DNA of 64,000 nucleotides from Nitrosopumilus sp. (GTDB lineage: Archaea; Thermoproteota; Nitrososphaeria; Nitrososphaerales; Nitrosopumilaceae). Made by a program: the position numbers and the translations under genes. Below, piece by piece: positions 40,862-52,151 of the stretch; positions within the stretch are counted from its first letter, which is position 1; every line of letters starts with the position of its first letter. The notes under the pieces were generated by a model that saw only the letters and a program-made list of their open reading frames with translations, was not told the DNA's origin and ran no database searches. Location: NCBI GenBank assembly GCA_965207445.1, contig CBDBLX010000002.1, positions 2,039,849-2,103,848 on the forward strand, in the 5' to 3' direction.

Positions 40862-42259
40862 ATGAATAGAATCAACATGATATGTGTAATTGCATGCAGT
40901 GTTATGTTGGTACCAAGTATTATGATTATATATGATATGAATAACAATGTACATTACACAAAAAATGCATTTGCACAAATAGAACCAGATTCACCAAAAA
41001 AACAAGTAGAGTTAGGTGTTATGCCTGAAAATATAATATGTAAAAAAGAGCATGTGCTTGCGATCAGAGTAAATGGTGCGGCTATGTGTGTCACAGTAAA
41101 TACAGCAGAGATACTAGCTGATAGAGGCATTATAGACAGAATCATAGGCCATACAGCAAAATATGAAGATGAGAATGCAAAAAAGAATACCACATCCATA
41201 GAGTTACAAGATAAAATCAATGACATGGACACGAATCAAGGAAATCAGACAATTGTATCAAACTCGACTAGTGCAATGGCAAACACAAATGCAAGCGCAA
41301 CAGCATCAAATACAGATGCAACAAACATGGCAAACTCGACTAGTGCAATGGCAAACACAAATGCAAGCGCAACAGCATCAAATACAGATGCAACAAACAT
41401 GGCAAACTCGACTAGTGCAATGGCAAACACAAATGCAAGCGCAACAGCATCAAATACAGATGCAACAAACATGGCAAACTCGACTAGTGCAATGGCAAAC
41501 ACAAATGCAAGCGCAACAGCATCAAATTCACAAAAAGACAAGTCCAATCCAAGCAGCGTCACTACGATACCAGCATCCACCATGTCAGTTGTGAACTTTT
41601 ATGTCACAGATCACGATCTAAACATAGCTCGAAATGCACCAGAAACAATCTCAACAAAAGGATTATTGGAATTTACTATAAACGGAATACCCATTGAAGG
41701 GCCAAAAACTATGACAGAAACAGGACCCAATACAGGACAATTCTATGTAAAGTTGGAACTTCCTGCCACTATCAATGGCAGACCATTAAATCAAAATGAC
41801 ATAGTAGACATTACATATCTAGACAAATCAGATTATTCTGGAGAGCCACATACGGTCAGAAAGTCATTTACGCTCTCAAGCACATATGCACAACTTCAAA
41901 CACAAGGAGACGGCGGAAAACGAATCGGTCACGAGTTTAGACTTGTAATACATGAACCAGATGCAAACAGAGACTCACAAGAAGAAGACAGAATACCTTT
42001 GAATAGATTTGAGTTTGAAAGTAAAGGTAACATAAAGGTCACACTTGATCATCATGCATTTGATGCAAACAAGAGTCACATGGTAGAGACAGGTCCCAAT
42101 ACAGGAATATTTGATGTTACAATAAAGATACCACGTCAGATAGATGGTAAGATCATTAACATAGGTGACTGGTACAAGATCATATACAATGATTATACAA
42201 CACCATCAGGCACTTCAGAAGAGATAATTTTAAGAGGAAAGATAGGACTGTCATCCTGA
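40862..42259 (+). CDS. Secreted/surface protein with 24-aa tandem repeats and ETGPNTG motifs
   Basis: Signal/TM; perfect 72-bp repeat x~3.7 at 41261-41527; two ETGPNTG.F motifs. Confidence 0.8.
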   Translation: MNRINMICVIACSVMLVPSIMIIYDMNNNVHYTKNAFAQIEPDSPKKQVELGVMPENIICKKEHVLAIRVNGAAMCVTVNTAEILADRGIIDRIIGHTAKYEDENAKKNTTSIELQDKINDMDTNQGNQTIVSNSTSAMANTNASATASNTDATNMANSTSAMANTNASATASNTDATNMANSTSAMANTNASATASNTDATNMANSTSAMANTNASATASNSQKDKSNPSSVTTIPASTMSVVNFYVTDHDLNIARNAPETISTKGLLEFTINGIPIEGPKTMTETGPNTGQFYVKLELPATINGRPLNQNDIVDITYLDKSDYSGEPHTVRKSFTLSSTYAQLQTQGDGGKRIGHEFRLVIHEPDANRDSQEEDRIPLNRFEFESKGNIKVTLDHHAFDANKSHMVETGPNTGIFDVTIKIPRQIDGKIINIGDWYKIIYNDYTTPSGTSEEIILRGKIGLSS

Positions 42260-42383
42260 TCTCATGCCATGTTATGTGTCACATGTAACAAATTCAGAAT
42301 GTAATTGTTCGATTACTGTATCTTAGTCCACTTATTCTGTAAAGGTACACAATGACGCAGGATGATTGTTTGCTTACTATATC

Positions 42384-42860
42384 TTAGGTCACTGTTACAG
42401 TACCAACCATCCATGGATGAACTATACAAAAGTACTCAAAATACCCAGCATCTTCAAACGTATACTCAAATTCATCGCCAGCAATAACAAGACCAGAGTC
42501 AAATAGGTCAGCTATTCCACCATTAGGACTTCCACTTGTCACTGTATGTGCAGCATTATCATCAACGACCCATGTTACAGTAGTGCCACTAGGTATTGTC
42601 AATGCAGGGGGCAAATAGCATGCATCATCTACTTCACATCCAGGTACAGATGTTCCTTCAGGAATTGATATTATCGGTGAAATATCAACTGGTTCTGTTG
42701 TAGTTTCAAGTGTGACTTGAGGTTCAGAGTCCGGTACAACATCAACTGTTTGTACATAGTCACCGATCACATCGTCAGGTGACATTACAATAAACCCAAG
42801 TGATATTGCAACTAGTATGCCAACTGCTACAATAACACCATAAGAAAAGTTCAACATCAT
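42384..42860 (-). CDS. Plastocyanin-like cupredoxin
   Basis: AHTVTSG, FDSG, YFCIVHPWM. Confidence 0.92.
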   Translation of the reverse strand: MMLNFSYGVIVAVGILVAISLGFIVMSPDDVIGDYVQTVDVVPDSEPQVTLETTTEPVDISPIISIPEGTSVPGCEVDDACYLPPALTIPSGTTVTWVVDDNAAHTVTSGSPNGGIADLFDSGLVIAGDEFEYTFEDAGYFEYFCIVHPWMVGTVTVT

Positions 42861-43321
42861 CCTCCAGTAAGTTTTGCAAATTTTTCATTCTTGCAAAGTG
42901 TCTCCATAAAATGTATGTTTGATAGCGCCACAATTGCAGAGTCTACAACAGGCTTATCAGGATCAGTTAATGCTTTTGTAAGTACATCTTTTGCATCACT
43001 AGAGCCAACCACACCAAGTGCAATGGCAGCCTCGTGTCGGACAAAAAGGCTAGGATCATTAAGAGTTGCATCTTCCAAAGGTGCAATCGAGCTCGAATAG
43101 CACATCTGACCTAGTGAGAATGCAGCCTCGTGTCGGACAAGTTCATTTTCATCATATTTTAATACACGTGCAATGTGTTTGACCTTGTCCTCACCACCAA
43201 AATCTACAAGTATACAGGTAGCCCTTGTTCTAATAACATAGTCAGGATGATCAAGTAATTTTACAAAGTATTCAGTATCATGAGACTCATATTTTGACTC
43301 CATCTCTGAGAAAAGAGCCAT
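42857..43321 (-). CDS. HEAT/PBS-lyase repeat protein
   Basis: VRHEAAFSLG, VRHEAAIALG; start uncertain. Confidence 0.85.
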   Translation of the reverse strand: MALFSEMESKYESHDTEYFVKLLDHPDYVIRTRATCILVDFGGEDKVKHIARVLKYDENELVRHEAAFSLGQMCYSSSIAPLEDATLNDPSLFVRHEAAIALGVVGSSDAKDVLTKALTDPDKPVVDSAIVALSNIHFMETLCKNEKFAKLTGG

Positions 43322-43547
43322 CCGATCGTCGGTTACTACTTGCAATTTGTATTGAATATGTATACGGCCTATATTAGTTGTACTTGAGCAACCATATTTT
43401 GAGCAATACTTTACGCGTTTTACCAAAAAACAAAATTCGGTTCTCTGGCTATTACTCTATTAGTGAAAGAAATGCTCTTTAAAACTTCCATATGTACACT
43501 CACACTCAAGTAATAGATATTTAACGCAATAATATCAGAGAATCGTC

Positions 43548-44213
43548 ATGAGTAGTGTTGTAATAGGGCAAAAAGCACCAAATTTTGCTACATCAGAATG
43601 GATTCAAGGGATTCCCACCAATTTTGATCAAGAAGGAGATCACATCGTACTAGTAGAGGTGTTTCAAGTGAATTGTCCAGGTTGTTTTATGCATGCAATA
43701 CCAGAAGCCATTCAAATTTACCAAAAATATGTCAATGATGGAGTAAAAGTGATAGGACTAGCAACGGCTTTTGAGGATTTTGAGTTAAACACAACAGAAA
43801 ATCTCAGAATGCTTGCAGAGACAGGTGAGGTTGTAGGAGAGACCAAAAAGGCGCTTGCAGCATACGGTCAACTAGAACAGGGAACCAAATACATATACAA
43901 AATACCATTCCCACTTGCCATGGATAATTTGATAAAAAATGAAAAAGAACCAGATCATGAACAGATCATGCAGGTGATACGACCTCAGATTCCCAACTTT
44001 GAGTCAGAACCATTAGAATATCAAAAACAAATAATACAACGAGTGAAAGATTATCTGAGTACAAAAAAATACTACGCAGAAACTTTTGAAAAGTTTATGT
44101 TGCGTGGAACACCATCTACAATACTAGTAGATAGAAAAGGAATACTACGTCACGTCTCATTTGGTCAATCAGGTCATTTAGATGGCATGATAAGAAAACT
44201 ATTAGACGAATAA
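43548..44213 (+). CDS. Thioredoxin-like redoxin
   Basis: FQVNCPGC, GTPSTILVDRKG. Confidence 0.85.
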   Translation: MSSVVIGQKAPNFATSEWIQGIPTNFDQEGDHIVLVEVFQVNCPGCFMHAIPEAIQIYQKYVNDGVKVIGLATAFEDFELNTTENLRMLAETGEVVGETKKALAAYGQLEQGTKYIYKIPFPLAMDNLIKNEKEPDHEQIMQVIRPQIPNFESEPLEYQKQIIQRVKDYLSTKKYYAETFEKFMLRGTPSTILVDRKGILRHVSFGQSGHLDGMIRKLLDE

Positions 44214-44216
44214 CAA

Positions 44217-44300
44217 CTATGTATACACAGCAAACAAGACCACTGATAGAGCCACGACAATTACAAATCCCCCAACCAGTGCAATTTTTGCAGCATCCAT
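44217..44300 (-). CDS. 27-aa single-TM microprotein (MDAAKIALVGGFVIVVALSVVLFAVYT)
   Basis: Manual translation. Confidence 0.45.
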   Translation of the reverse strand: MDAAKIALVGGFVIVVALSVVLFAVYT

Positions 44301-44486
44301 TAGCAAGTATATCTAAATTCCAATTATAGTCTTTTGTTAATGTGTTGAATATTCATTTTAAAAATAGATTTAGTCAACAGTATAATACAACAATTGTATA
44401 AAAAAATAATTTTTGGGCATAATATAAATACAAACATAATATCAAAATAAATATTTAGTATATTATTTAATATATTATTTAATATA

Positions 44487-45560
44487 TTATCTAATACATG
44501 ATCTAAACAAAATCATCAAAACAGCTATTGGTGCCACTATGTACATACCAATGTTGAGTGCAATCACAGACACACCAAAAGTCAAGATATCCACCTCTGA
44601 TCCGGCCTGTGCGTTATGCATTATTCCAAGCGAGAGTAGCATTGGTCCAAGATAGAATCGTGTTATATCCTGAAGCATCACATTTTCGCGCTGATAGTCT
44701 GCAACAAATGGACTAAATGTATAGTATATTGAATTAAACTCATTTAAAAATACGCGCCCAGATTCAGTGCTTGCAATCTTTGTATCACGTATCTCTCGGA
44801 GTTGTTGTATGTGGTGACTAAATTCAGAGCCAAATGCTGCAGTTGCAACAAGACATCCTCCTCCGTTGCCACTATCACTCACAGCACTATCACTCACAGC
44901 ACTATCACTCACAGCACCATGTTCATTATTATCATCCATACTATCATCTATACCATCATTAGACCCATTTACATCATCATCATCACCATCATCATTATTA
45001 TTGTTAATAATATGATCAGGTAAAATATAATCAGAAGAAGGAGCAGGAGTATATACACTCACATCTGTTTTTGTTCCAATTATGTCAATGATATACCCAT
45101 CACGTAGAGTCGGTTCAACATCATCTGAAAACCGCAATACTAAAAATGAAACTTCATTAGTTGATCTCACAACAGGGTCATGTAGTACATCATCTACATA
45201 TAGAGTAATGTCACCGGATAAGAGATTTACAGGAATTATAATTTCTGCAATATTTTTGGACAAGCCAGGACTCGTATTCAACGTTAGTCGTTTATTATCA
45301 ACATCAAAAGAGTGATCCAAGATATCAAAACTAGATGTTATCATGACCTCATAAGTACCAGTATCAGTAGGTATGTTGATTCGATTTATCAATCCCGTTG
45401 CATCAGACAATGATTGTGCATACACAGAGTTAATTTCAACAGTAGGTATTGCAACAACAACAACAACAAATAGACTTGATAAAAACAAAAGTGTCCAAAA
45501 GTATACAAAACGACGACGCTGTAACATAAAATATCCATTAGACATATTCATACAAAACAA
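44487..45560 (-). CDS. CFI-box-CTERM domain surface protein
   Basis: GGGCLVATAAFGSE...QQLREIRD...YYTFSP, C-terminal TM. Confidence 0.85.
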   Translation of the reverse strand: MFCMNMSNGYFMLQRRRFVYFWTLLFLSSLFVVVVVAIPTVEINSVYAQSLSDATGLINRINIPTDTGTYEVMITSSFDILDHSFDVDNKRLTLNTSPGLSKNIAEIIIPVNLLSGDITLYVDDVLHDPVVRSTNEVSFLVLRFSDDVEPTLRDGYIIDIIGTKTDVSVYTPAPSSDYILPDHIINNNNDDGDDDDVNGSNDGIDDSMDDNNEHGAVSDSAVSDSAVSDSGNGGGCLVATAAFGSEFSHHIQQLREIRDTKIASTESGRVFLNEFNSIYYTFSPFVADYQRENVMLQDITRFYLGPMLLSLGIMHNAQAGSEVDILTFGVSVIALNIGMYIVAPIAVLMILFRSCIR

Positions 45561-45585
45561 ACTATAATACAGTAAACATAATTAC

Positions 45586-46044
45586 TTATGCAACAGTTGC
45601 AAACACACGTCGATTCAGTTCTCTGTCACGTGCAATTCTAGGATGCATTGGGTCTGCAAGTATTACCTCAAACCAATAATGCATACCATCTTTATAGATG
45701 AAATATGATCCTAACAAACGCATGTTTGGATATCGCTCCAATACTCTACGCTCAGCTACAATCTTCATACTGTCATCGGCCTTGATTCTAGTCACACCGA
45801 GGTGTTTTGGACGTCTACCACCTCTTGGTCTCTGTTTGCGCATACCACCCGTACCAACACGCATACGAATAACAACAATTCCTTGTTTCGCCTTGTATCC
45901 TAGTCGACGTGCTCTTTGAATTCGACTAGGTTTATCAATACGTGTAATTGCATTTTGTTTACGCCAAATCACAACACGTTGACGTAGTTCAGGTGCATTT
46001 TCACGCCATAGACGTACCCATGTTTTGTCCTGATAGGAAGGCAT
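45586..46044 (-). CDS. rpl15e: 50S ribosomal protein L15e
   Basis: RARRLGYKAKQG, WFEVILADP. Confidence 0.96.
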   Translation of the reverse strand: MPSYQDKTWVRLWRENAPELRQRVVIWRKQNAITRIDKPSRIQRARRLGYKAKQGIVVIRMRVGTGGMRKQRPRGGRRPKHLGVTRIKADDSMKIVAERRVLERYPNMRLLGSYFIYKDGMHYWFEVILADPMHPRIARDRELNRRVFATVA

Positions 46045-46356
46045 ATGATACTTGTACTAAAATCCCCTTAATAATTGATTTCTGTCACAAATTTGAAACT
46101 GTTAATGAGTAAACATCCATCATGAGAGTGTCACATGGCTATGCAAATCCATCTTGATGGAGAACATACTTGTGTCATTGATGAGAGGTAATGTCATAAT
46201 TTAGTCAAATTTTTAATGCGCACTCCAAAAACTATTTTGTTATTTACACCAAATTCACAATGCTACTGCATAATATTTATATATATACATATACAAATAT
46301 AAAAATTAATAGAGATTGGTAGTTAATTTCTCAAATGTAAGATCATTTTATATAAA

Positions 46357-47118
46357 ATGCAACTGTTAAAAGACTCAATTTTAATTGAGGCACACATATC
46401 AAGACGTATGGGAGACTATGGAGTACAAACACTTGTGTTAGTTTTTACTCTTATGAGTATAGTTACAATTGTACTTGTAGTTCCTACACAAACTACACAT
46501 GCTGAAGATGCGCCAAGCATAAAGATAACAATTGCAAAATCAACATACCAATACTGTGAAAAACTTTCGTATGTAGTATCAGTTTCTGAGGTAACTGGTC
46601 AAATAGCAATTGCACATATCATAGATCAAAATCAAAAGAGTAGTCAAGCAATTCCCATTCCAATTGAAATGTTAGAAAATGAGATTAATGCCCCATTTCC
46701 ATTTGAGAGGGCAATATTTCCAACAGGTACATATACAATTAACATGACGTACGCAGGAGCACAGTCAACTGCAAGCTTTGATCTAGTTGATAATGACAAT
46801 ATTTGCATTCCTGCTCAAATTAAACAGATAGCATCAGTATGGGTAACAGGAACAGTTTCAGATGGATTTGTAATCGATGCAATTAAAAAATCAGTAGATC
46901 CCAAACTAATAGAGGTGCCATTTGATGTTGATCAAGACAACATATACAACATATCCATACCTCAATGGGTAAAAATAGTCACTTATTGGTGGATTATAGA
47001 TGATGTGACAGACGACGAGATAGCAAATGTGTTTGACTATTTGATAAAGACCAAAATCATAAATGCCAATGAAGTTGAAAAGGAAAATATGCAATCAAGC
47101 CAGAACGACGATACGTGA
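46357..47118 (+). CDS. Secreted protein with thaumarchaeal IP.W(V/I)K..WW repeats
   Basis: IPAQIKQIASVW and IPQWVKIVTYWW; signal peptide; start uncertain. Confidence 0.75.
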   Translation: MQLLKDSILIEAHISRRMGDYGVQTLVLVFTLMSIVTIVLVVPTQTTHAEDAPSIKITIAKSTYQYCEKLSYVVSVSEVTGQIAIAHIIDQNQKSSQAIPIPIEMLENEINAPFPFERAIFPTGTYTINMTYAGAQSTASFDLVDNDNICIPAQIKQIASVWVTGTVSDGFVIDAIKKSVDPKLIEVPFDVDQDNIYNISIPQWVKIVTYWWIIDDVTDDEIANVFDYLIKTKIINANEVEKENMQSSQNDDT

Positions 47119-47127
47119 CATAGATAC

Positions 47128-47652
47128 GTGACTAGTATGGACAAGTATACAATAATTACAATAATTGCAATAATTGCAATAATCACACCATTTGCAATAT
47201 CAGCTGTAAACATAATTGGAGCAGAACAATTACAATATAGATGGGATTCACCCGGAATGTTTTCATTTTTTAAACTGTCGACAGATGGTAAACTAGAATT
47301 TTGTAACACAATACCATTTTGGACAAATTTTGATGAATTCAAAGTTATAATGTACTATCGAGGGGAAGTAGTTGGAACATACACAGTAGAATCATTTACT
47401 ATAAATCCAAGCTCAGCGAGTGTGCAAAACGGCGTATTTACATCAGAACACATAGCAAGAGCACATAGTATGGCAATGACAATTGACCATGGAATCAATA
47501 GTGGCGAGTTTAGAATAGATGAAAGACAGTTCATAATACAAACAATGATATCAACACCCATACTTGGATTAGTACCATATGATGTGACGACTCAGATGTC
47601 AGGATCAGAGTTCAATGACAAGATGAATGCTGTAAACCTGTATTGTAATTGA
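47128..47652 (+). CDS. Membrane-anchored hypothetical protein
   Basis: N-terminal TM. Confidence 0.7.
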   Translation: MTSMDKYTIITIIAIIAIITPFAISAVNIIGAEQLQYRWDSPGMFSFFKLSTDGKLEFCNTIPFWTNFDEFKVIMYYRGEVVGTYTVESFTINPSSASVQNGVFTSEHIARAHSMAMTIDHGINSGEFRIDERQFIIQTMISTPILGLVPYDVTTQMSGSEFNDKMNAVNLYCN

Positions 47653-47758
47653 TAGTTTGTAAAATTTTGATAGGTATCTAAAAAGAAGTGTAAATGTGTA
47701 AATGATAATTATGCCCAAAATTAATCTTAAAATTATGACTAAATTGTGATCAATTTTT

Positions 47759-47906
47759 GTGTGAATCAATCTCTTTGGACACAATAATGAAATCACATAC
47801 TTGTGTTTGGTCACATCCCCGTCTACATGTCGAGTATTGTGCATGCGATACATTTGGCTAGTAGTTATTTTGAATGATTATATCAGTCATGGATCTTGGT
47901 TCACAT
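47759..47906. mobile_element. MITE family B, diverged copy
   Basis: gtgtgaatcaatctc / gatcttggttcaca; aattttt on both flanks. Confidence 0.85.
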
Positions 47907-48001
47907 AATTTTTCTATTTATAATCAAATTGTAATTACTTTGAGGTAATTAAAGCAGATAAATTAAAACTATTTAATAAAAGCAAATTTTGAATATTGGA
48001 A

Positions 48002-49213
48002 TTACAGTGACGTCTTCGGTGACGATTTTCGCCTATTTGCACGATGCATCAACGCCAATATAACACCCACAAAACCAGCAATTACAAAACCAGCAATTAC
48101 ACCCGTTACAAGTTCACGTCCAGACACCTTTGCAGTGCTAGCAGCAGGTATTGTTTCAGGTTCATCATCATTTACAACAGATGTTGAGTCAGATAATTCA
48201 AGTACACAGGTGTCATCTACTAGAACAGTTCCAGGACCGCACTTTGATGTGTCAGTAGGAGCATCAGATTCAAGTATACAGGTGTCATCTACTAGAACAG
48301 TTCCAGGACCGCACTTTGATGTGTCAGTAGGAGCATCAGATTCAAGTATACAGGTGTCATCTACTAGAACAGTTCCAGGACCGCACTTTGATGTGTCAAA
48401 TGGTTGAACGGCAATAATATCAAATGTAGGCAAATCTTCATCAGAATTATCAACAGTATCAAGATCAGGTATTGGGATTGTATCAGGAGAGATCTCATCA
48501 GACACAAAATTATTTTCTGTAAAAGTATCATCTATTATGTCTTCTGTCAGGGTATCATCTACAACAGTATCATCTATTATGTCTTCTGTCAGGGTATCAT
48601 CTACAACAGTATCATCTACAACAGTATCATCTACAACAGTATCATCTACATCGTCAATAGTAGTTTCTTTGGCAACAAATATTTCAACAGTCTCAATACC
48701 TACAGGTAATTCTGAAATTATCAAATTTCTTTGAGATATTTCAAAATTTTCATGAAAATCTGTCTCTGTAAGAATTTGAAAGTCAGCATTAATATCAAAT
48801 ATGGGATCAAACACCATATCTGAGAGTAAAATTTCTAATCGTGTATCTGCGGTAACAGCATCATCATCAAAGCTCACAGAAAGTTCAAGAAATGGAAATG
48901 TTCCCAATGTAGCAGTAGTGATAGCCATTTGGGAGCCTTCGTACTCTAATAATGGAGGAACTTCCACAGATGCATCATAATCATCATCAGAATAGCCTAG
49001 AGGTACAGTTGTAGCATAAACAGGAACAGAGATCAACAAGGTTGTGGCAACAATACACACAGACACAATAACAAAAACAGATAAGATATTATTCATAGCA
49101 TCAAACATAGACACACGTGGACATTTAGATATAGTAAAATTCAATACATAATTGGCGTCATTACATACTGTTAAAAGTATTGAAAAACACACAGAATTAT
49201 CGTATATAATCAT
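48002..49213 (-). CDS. Acidic surface protein with CGPGT repeats and C-terminal TM
   Basis: DTSKCGPGTVLVDDTC x3 (72-bp period), DDTVV repeats; start uncertain. Confidence 0.8.
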   Translation of the reverse strand: MIIYDNSVCFSILLTVCNDANYVLNFTISKCPRVSMFDAMNNILSVFVIVSVCIVATTLLISVPVYATTVPLGYSDDDYDASVEVPPLLEYEGSQMAITTATLGTFPFLELSVSFDDDAVTADTRLEILLSDMVFDPIFDINADFQILTETDFHENFEISQRNLIISELPVGIETVEIFVAKETTIDDVDDTVVDDTVVDDTVVDDTLTEDIIDDTVVDDTLTEDIIDDTFTENNFVSDEISPDTIPIPDLDTVDNSDEDLPTFDIIAVQPFDTSKCGPGTVLVDDTCILESDAPTDTSKCGPGTVLVDDTCILESDAPTDTSKCGPGTVLVDDTCVLELSDSTSVVNDDEPETIPAASTAKVSGRELVTGVIAGFVIAGFVGVILALMHRANRRKSSPKTSL

Positions 49214-49259
49214 TCAATATAATCATTCACAAGATCGCATATCTAGACTCAGATTTGAT

Positions 49260-49465
49260 GTAACGCGTCACCTCCCTCCTCTTCCTCCTCACTAGTAATA
49301 TCTCAAATTACGCCATATCATAATACCTCGAACAGTGTTATCGACACGTATAATTCCTGTTAGATGTGTTTTTCTACAGATGATACATATGTGCACTAAG
49401 ATATATTCGTGTTAGTGTGACCTTATTTAGGCACAGTGCGGCGGCGGTGGGAGGTGACATGTTAC
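49260..49465. mobile_element. MITE-like element E (206 bp) with GTAAC termini
   Basis: gtaacgcgtcacctccc / gggaggtgacatgttac, 15/17; single copy, no TSD seen. Confidence 0.6.
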
Positions 49466-49600
49466 GAAAGAAATTTTTATCACGTCTAAATTTTTGTTCT
49501 AAAATTACGACTGAATAATAATTGTTTGGTTTTTCTCAAATTCAGACATAAATTTTATCAGTTATCATCTTGCACATGTACATAATATTGACGATTGCCA

Positions 49601-50533
49601 TCATATGACACCACGTAAAATCTGAATTATTTTTTCACCAATTACATTTGCAGCAAGCAACTGTGCTTCTTTTGTCTGTGCTCCAATATGAGGAGTCATT
49701 ATGACATTGTCGAGTTTTGTAAATTGGTTTCCAATAGCAGGTTCCTTTTCAAACACGTCTAGTCCAGCACCACCAAGACCACCATTCACAAGAGCATCAT
49801 ATAACGCATCTTCATCCACTACGCCACCGCGCGATGCGTTCAACAGTATAGCAGTATCTTTCATCAATGAGATCTTTTGTGCATCTATCATATGATATGT
49901 CGAATCAAGTAATGGTACATGCAGTGACACATAATCAGAACTCTTCAAAAGTGTATCAAGATCAGCCTTTATCAATCCCACGTCTTTGACAAAGTCATCA
50001 TCAATTGGAACAACATCATATCCGATAATATTCATATTCAGTGCACGTGCAATCCTACCGAGTCGCTTGCCAATATTACCTAGTCCTATAATTCCAAGGT
50101 ATTTGCCACGCAGTTCAGTTCCCTTTAACTCCTTTTTGATCCATTGGTCGTTTCTAATTGAGCGATCTGCTCTAGCAGTATGCCGTGCAAGTGACAACAT
50201 CATGCCAAGAATCATCTCGGCCACGGCATTTATCGCACCTTCAACTGCATTTATTACACGAATGTTTTTCTCCTTTGCAGCATCTTGATCAATGTTATCA
50301 AGCCCAACTCCTACGCGTGCAATAACCTTACAATGTGTAGCACGCGCGATCATTTCACGTGTGATTCTAGTTCTGCTTCGAACAATAACTATACTGAATT
50401 GAGATATACATTCTAGTATTTGATCCGGGGTAATATCAGGCTCATAAGAGACTTTTAGTCCATTATCAATCAATATCTTGTTTAATACAGAATCCACTTC
50501 ATCACAGATCAACACAGATTCATCAAATGCCAT
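49601..50533 (-). CDS. D-3-phosphoglycerate / D-2-hydroxyacid dehydrogenase
   Basis: GVGLDNID, GLGNIG, NASRGG, TPHIGA. Confidence 0.9.
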   Translation of the reverse strand: MAFDESVLICDEVDSVLNKILIDNGLKVSYEPDITPDQILECISQFSIVIVRSRTRITREMIARATHCKVIARVGVGLDNIDQDAAKEKNIRVINAVEGAINAVAEMILGMMLSLARHTARADRSIRNDQWIKKELKGTELRGKYLGIIGLGNIGKRLGRIARALNMNIIGYDVVPIDDDFVKDVGLIKADLDTLLKSSDYVSLHVPLLDSTYHMIDAQKISLMKDTAILLNASRGGVVDEDALYDALVNGGLGGAGLDVFEKEPAIGNQFTKLDNVIMTPHIGAQTKEAQLLAANVIGEKIIQILRGVI

Positions 50534-50647
50534 AATCTTGTTATCAATTGATAAAATATAACTTGTGTTGTAAGTTATTTGAGCTCAAAATATACATTAT
50601 AATAATTACATTCAAAAAAAGAGTCACATAATAAACAAGTAAACACT

Positions 50648-50698
50648 AGTCACATAAACCAGTCACATAAACCAGTCACATAAACCAGTCACATAAAC
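50648..50698. repeat. 13-bp tandem repeat (AGTCACATAAACC)x4
   Basis: Directly visible downstream of nirK. Confidence 0.9.
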
Positions 50699-50741
50699 AA
50701 TTAACCATACCAACAAAAAAATAGAAAAAGGATTGTAAAGA

Positions 50742-52151
50742 TTAGGAAGTAAGTATCTCTGCTACTTGGGGAATTACTTCCCAAAGAGCAACATAGTCAC
50801 CAGACTCTTGCATCTCTGCTACAACTTCATCAGTATACAGTCCATGTATATTGACAGCTGGGTGTGCAATACTGTTCATTCCCATTGGAGGAACAGCGCT
50901 ACTTGGATTACCCAATGCATATGCATATGATGGAACTGGTTCTGGAAGTATGCCCTTCTCCACTAGTGTGGGGTTCAAATTGAACGGATCACCTGCTACA
51001 AATACAGTAGCAGCACCTGAGAAGATTGCTGCATAGTCATGATTGACTGCAGCATACACTCCTGGTTCATCAAACACCAAGTCAACAATCATACCTTGTG
51101 ATCCACCTAGAGACCATGTCTCTGTTGCGGCAGATTGAACTCTATTACCCTGTGTGATTCTGTCGAGGATCTCTCCTACAATGTGGAAGAAGACAGGCTC
51201 ATTACCCTGATTCTCTACAAAGATTCGCACATGTTGATCATTCTCCACAAAGAGCAACTGTGATTGGTATTGTTTAAGATCAATTCCATTCCAAGGCTGT
51301 GCTACAAAGATGTTCTTGTTCGTATCACCATTCACAAGTAGGTTGTGTGCCATATTTGGAACATATCCAAACTGAAAGCCATTTACAACAGTACCAGTGT
51401 TTTGATGCTTGAACATTGCAGATTGATCAAAGTTACCATCAGATGTGAGGTAAAGTTGATTGTACTGAAGTTGGAACTCTAGTGCGTCAGCATCGTAAAA
51501 CTTGCGATCGATCTCGCCACTGCCACTGGTCTTTTCAACCATCAATTTTTTGTAGCCGTTTGCAGGATCAACAATTGCAATACCATACATGCCAGAGAGC
51601 ACGTGTTGGTCCATTGCTGCAAGCTTTATACCAGAACAGTGATATTTGAACATACCAGCAGACTCAGCAATAAAGCAATATTGGCTGGTCTCACCTGGGT
51701 TTATGGATTCAAATGCTGCAGCTGTAATCTGAGATGCATGCATGTCGTTGCCATGTGCAACAGGTTCATCATCAGGAATTGTAAGTGTCATCTTGATCAC
51801 GTCGCCTTGTAGAACCCTAATTGTAGGTCCAGGTACCATACCATTGAATGTCATGGCATGATATGTCTTGCCACCCATTATTGGGAGCTCGACACTTTCA
51901 GCAGTTAGATCAAAGTTGTGAACTGTTCTTCCCGATGACTCCAGTACACCGCAGTCAGTCACTGCAAACGCCTCTGGCATTACCAATTGTAATCCGCCCA
52001 TTTGATGAATTTGTTCCACCATATCAGCGTCCAATTGTGCAATGTTAAGAGATTGTCCAGTTTGTGTCTGTGTGTATGTACTTCCGAATAAGGTAGCTCC
52101 CATAACTGCTACTGCTGCAACAGTAAAGAGCATACTAATTCGTTTATTCAT
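50742..52151 (-). CDS. nirK: Copper nitrite reductase (AOA type)
   Basis: GPTIRV, HGNDMH, KYHC..MDQHVLSGM, FFHIVGE, VNHD. Confidence 0.92.
   Translation of the reverse strand: MNKRISMLFTVAAVAVMGATLFGSTYTQTQTGQSLNIAQLDADMVEQIHQMGGLQLVMPEAFAVTDCGVLESSGRTVHNFDLTAESVELPIMGGKTYHAMTFNGMVPGPTIRVLQGDVIKMTLTIPDDEPVAHGNDMHASQITAAAFESINPGETSQYCFIAESAGMFKYHCSGIKLAAMDQHVLSGMYGIAIVDPANGYKKLMVEKTSGSGEIDRKFYDADALEFQLQYNQLYLTSDGNFDQSAMFKHQNTGTVVNGFQFGYVPNMAHNLLVNGDTNKNIFVAQPWNGIDLKQYQSQLLFVENDQHVRIFVENQGNEPVFFHIVGEILDRITQGNRVQSAATETWSLGGSQGMIVDLVFDEPGVYAAVNHDYAAIFSGAATVFVAGDPFNLNPTLVEKGILPEPVPSYAYALGNPSSAVPPMGMNSIAHPAVNIHGLYTDEVVAEMQESGDYVALWEVIPQVAEILTS

Noticed and set aside
41220..41594. Gln-rich and Ala/Val-rich repeat ORFs
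   Set aside because: Shadow frames of the 72-bp repeat in 40862-42259
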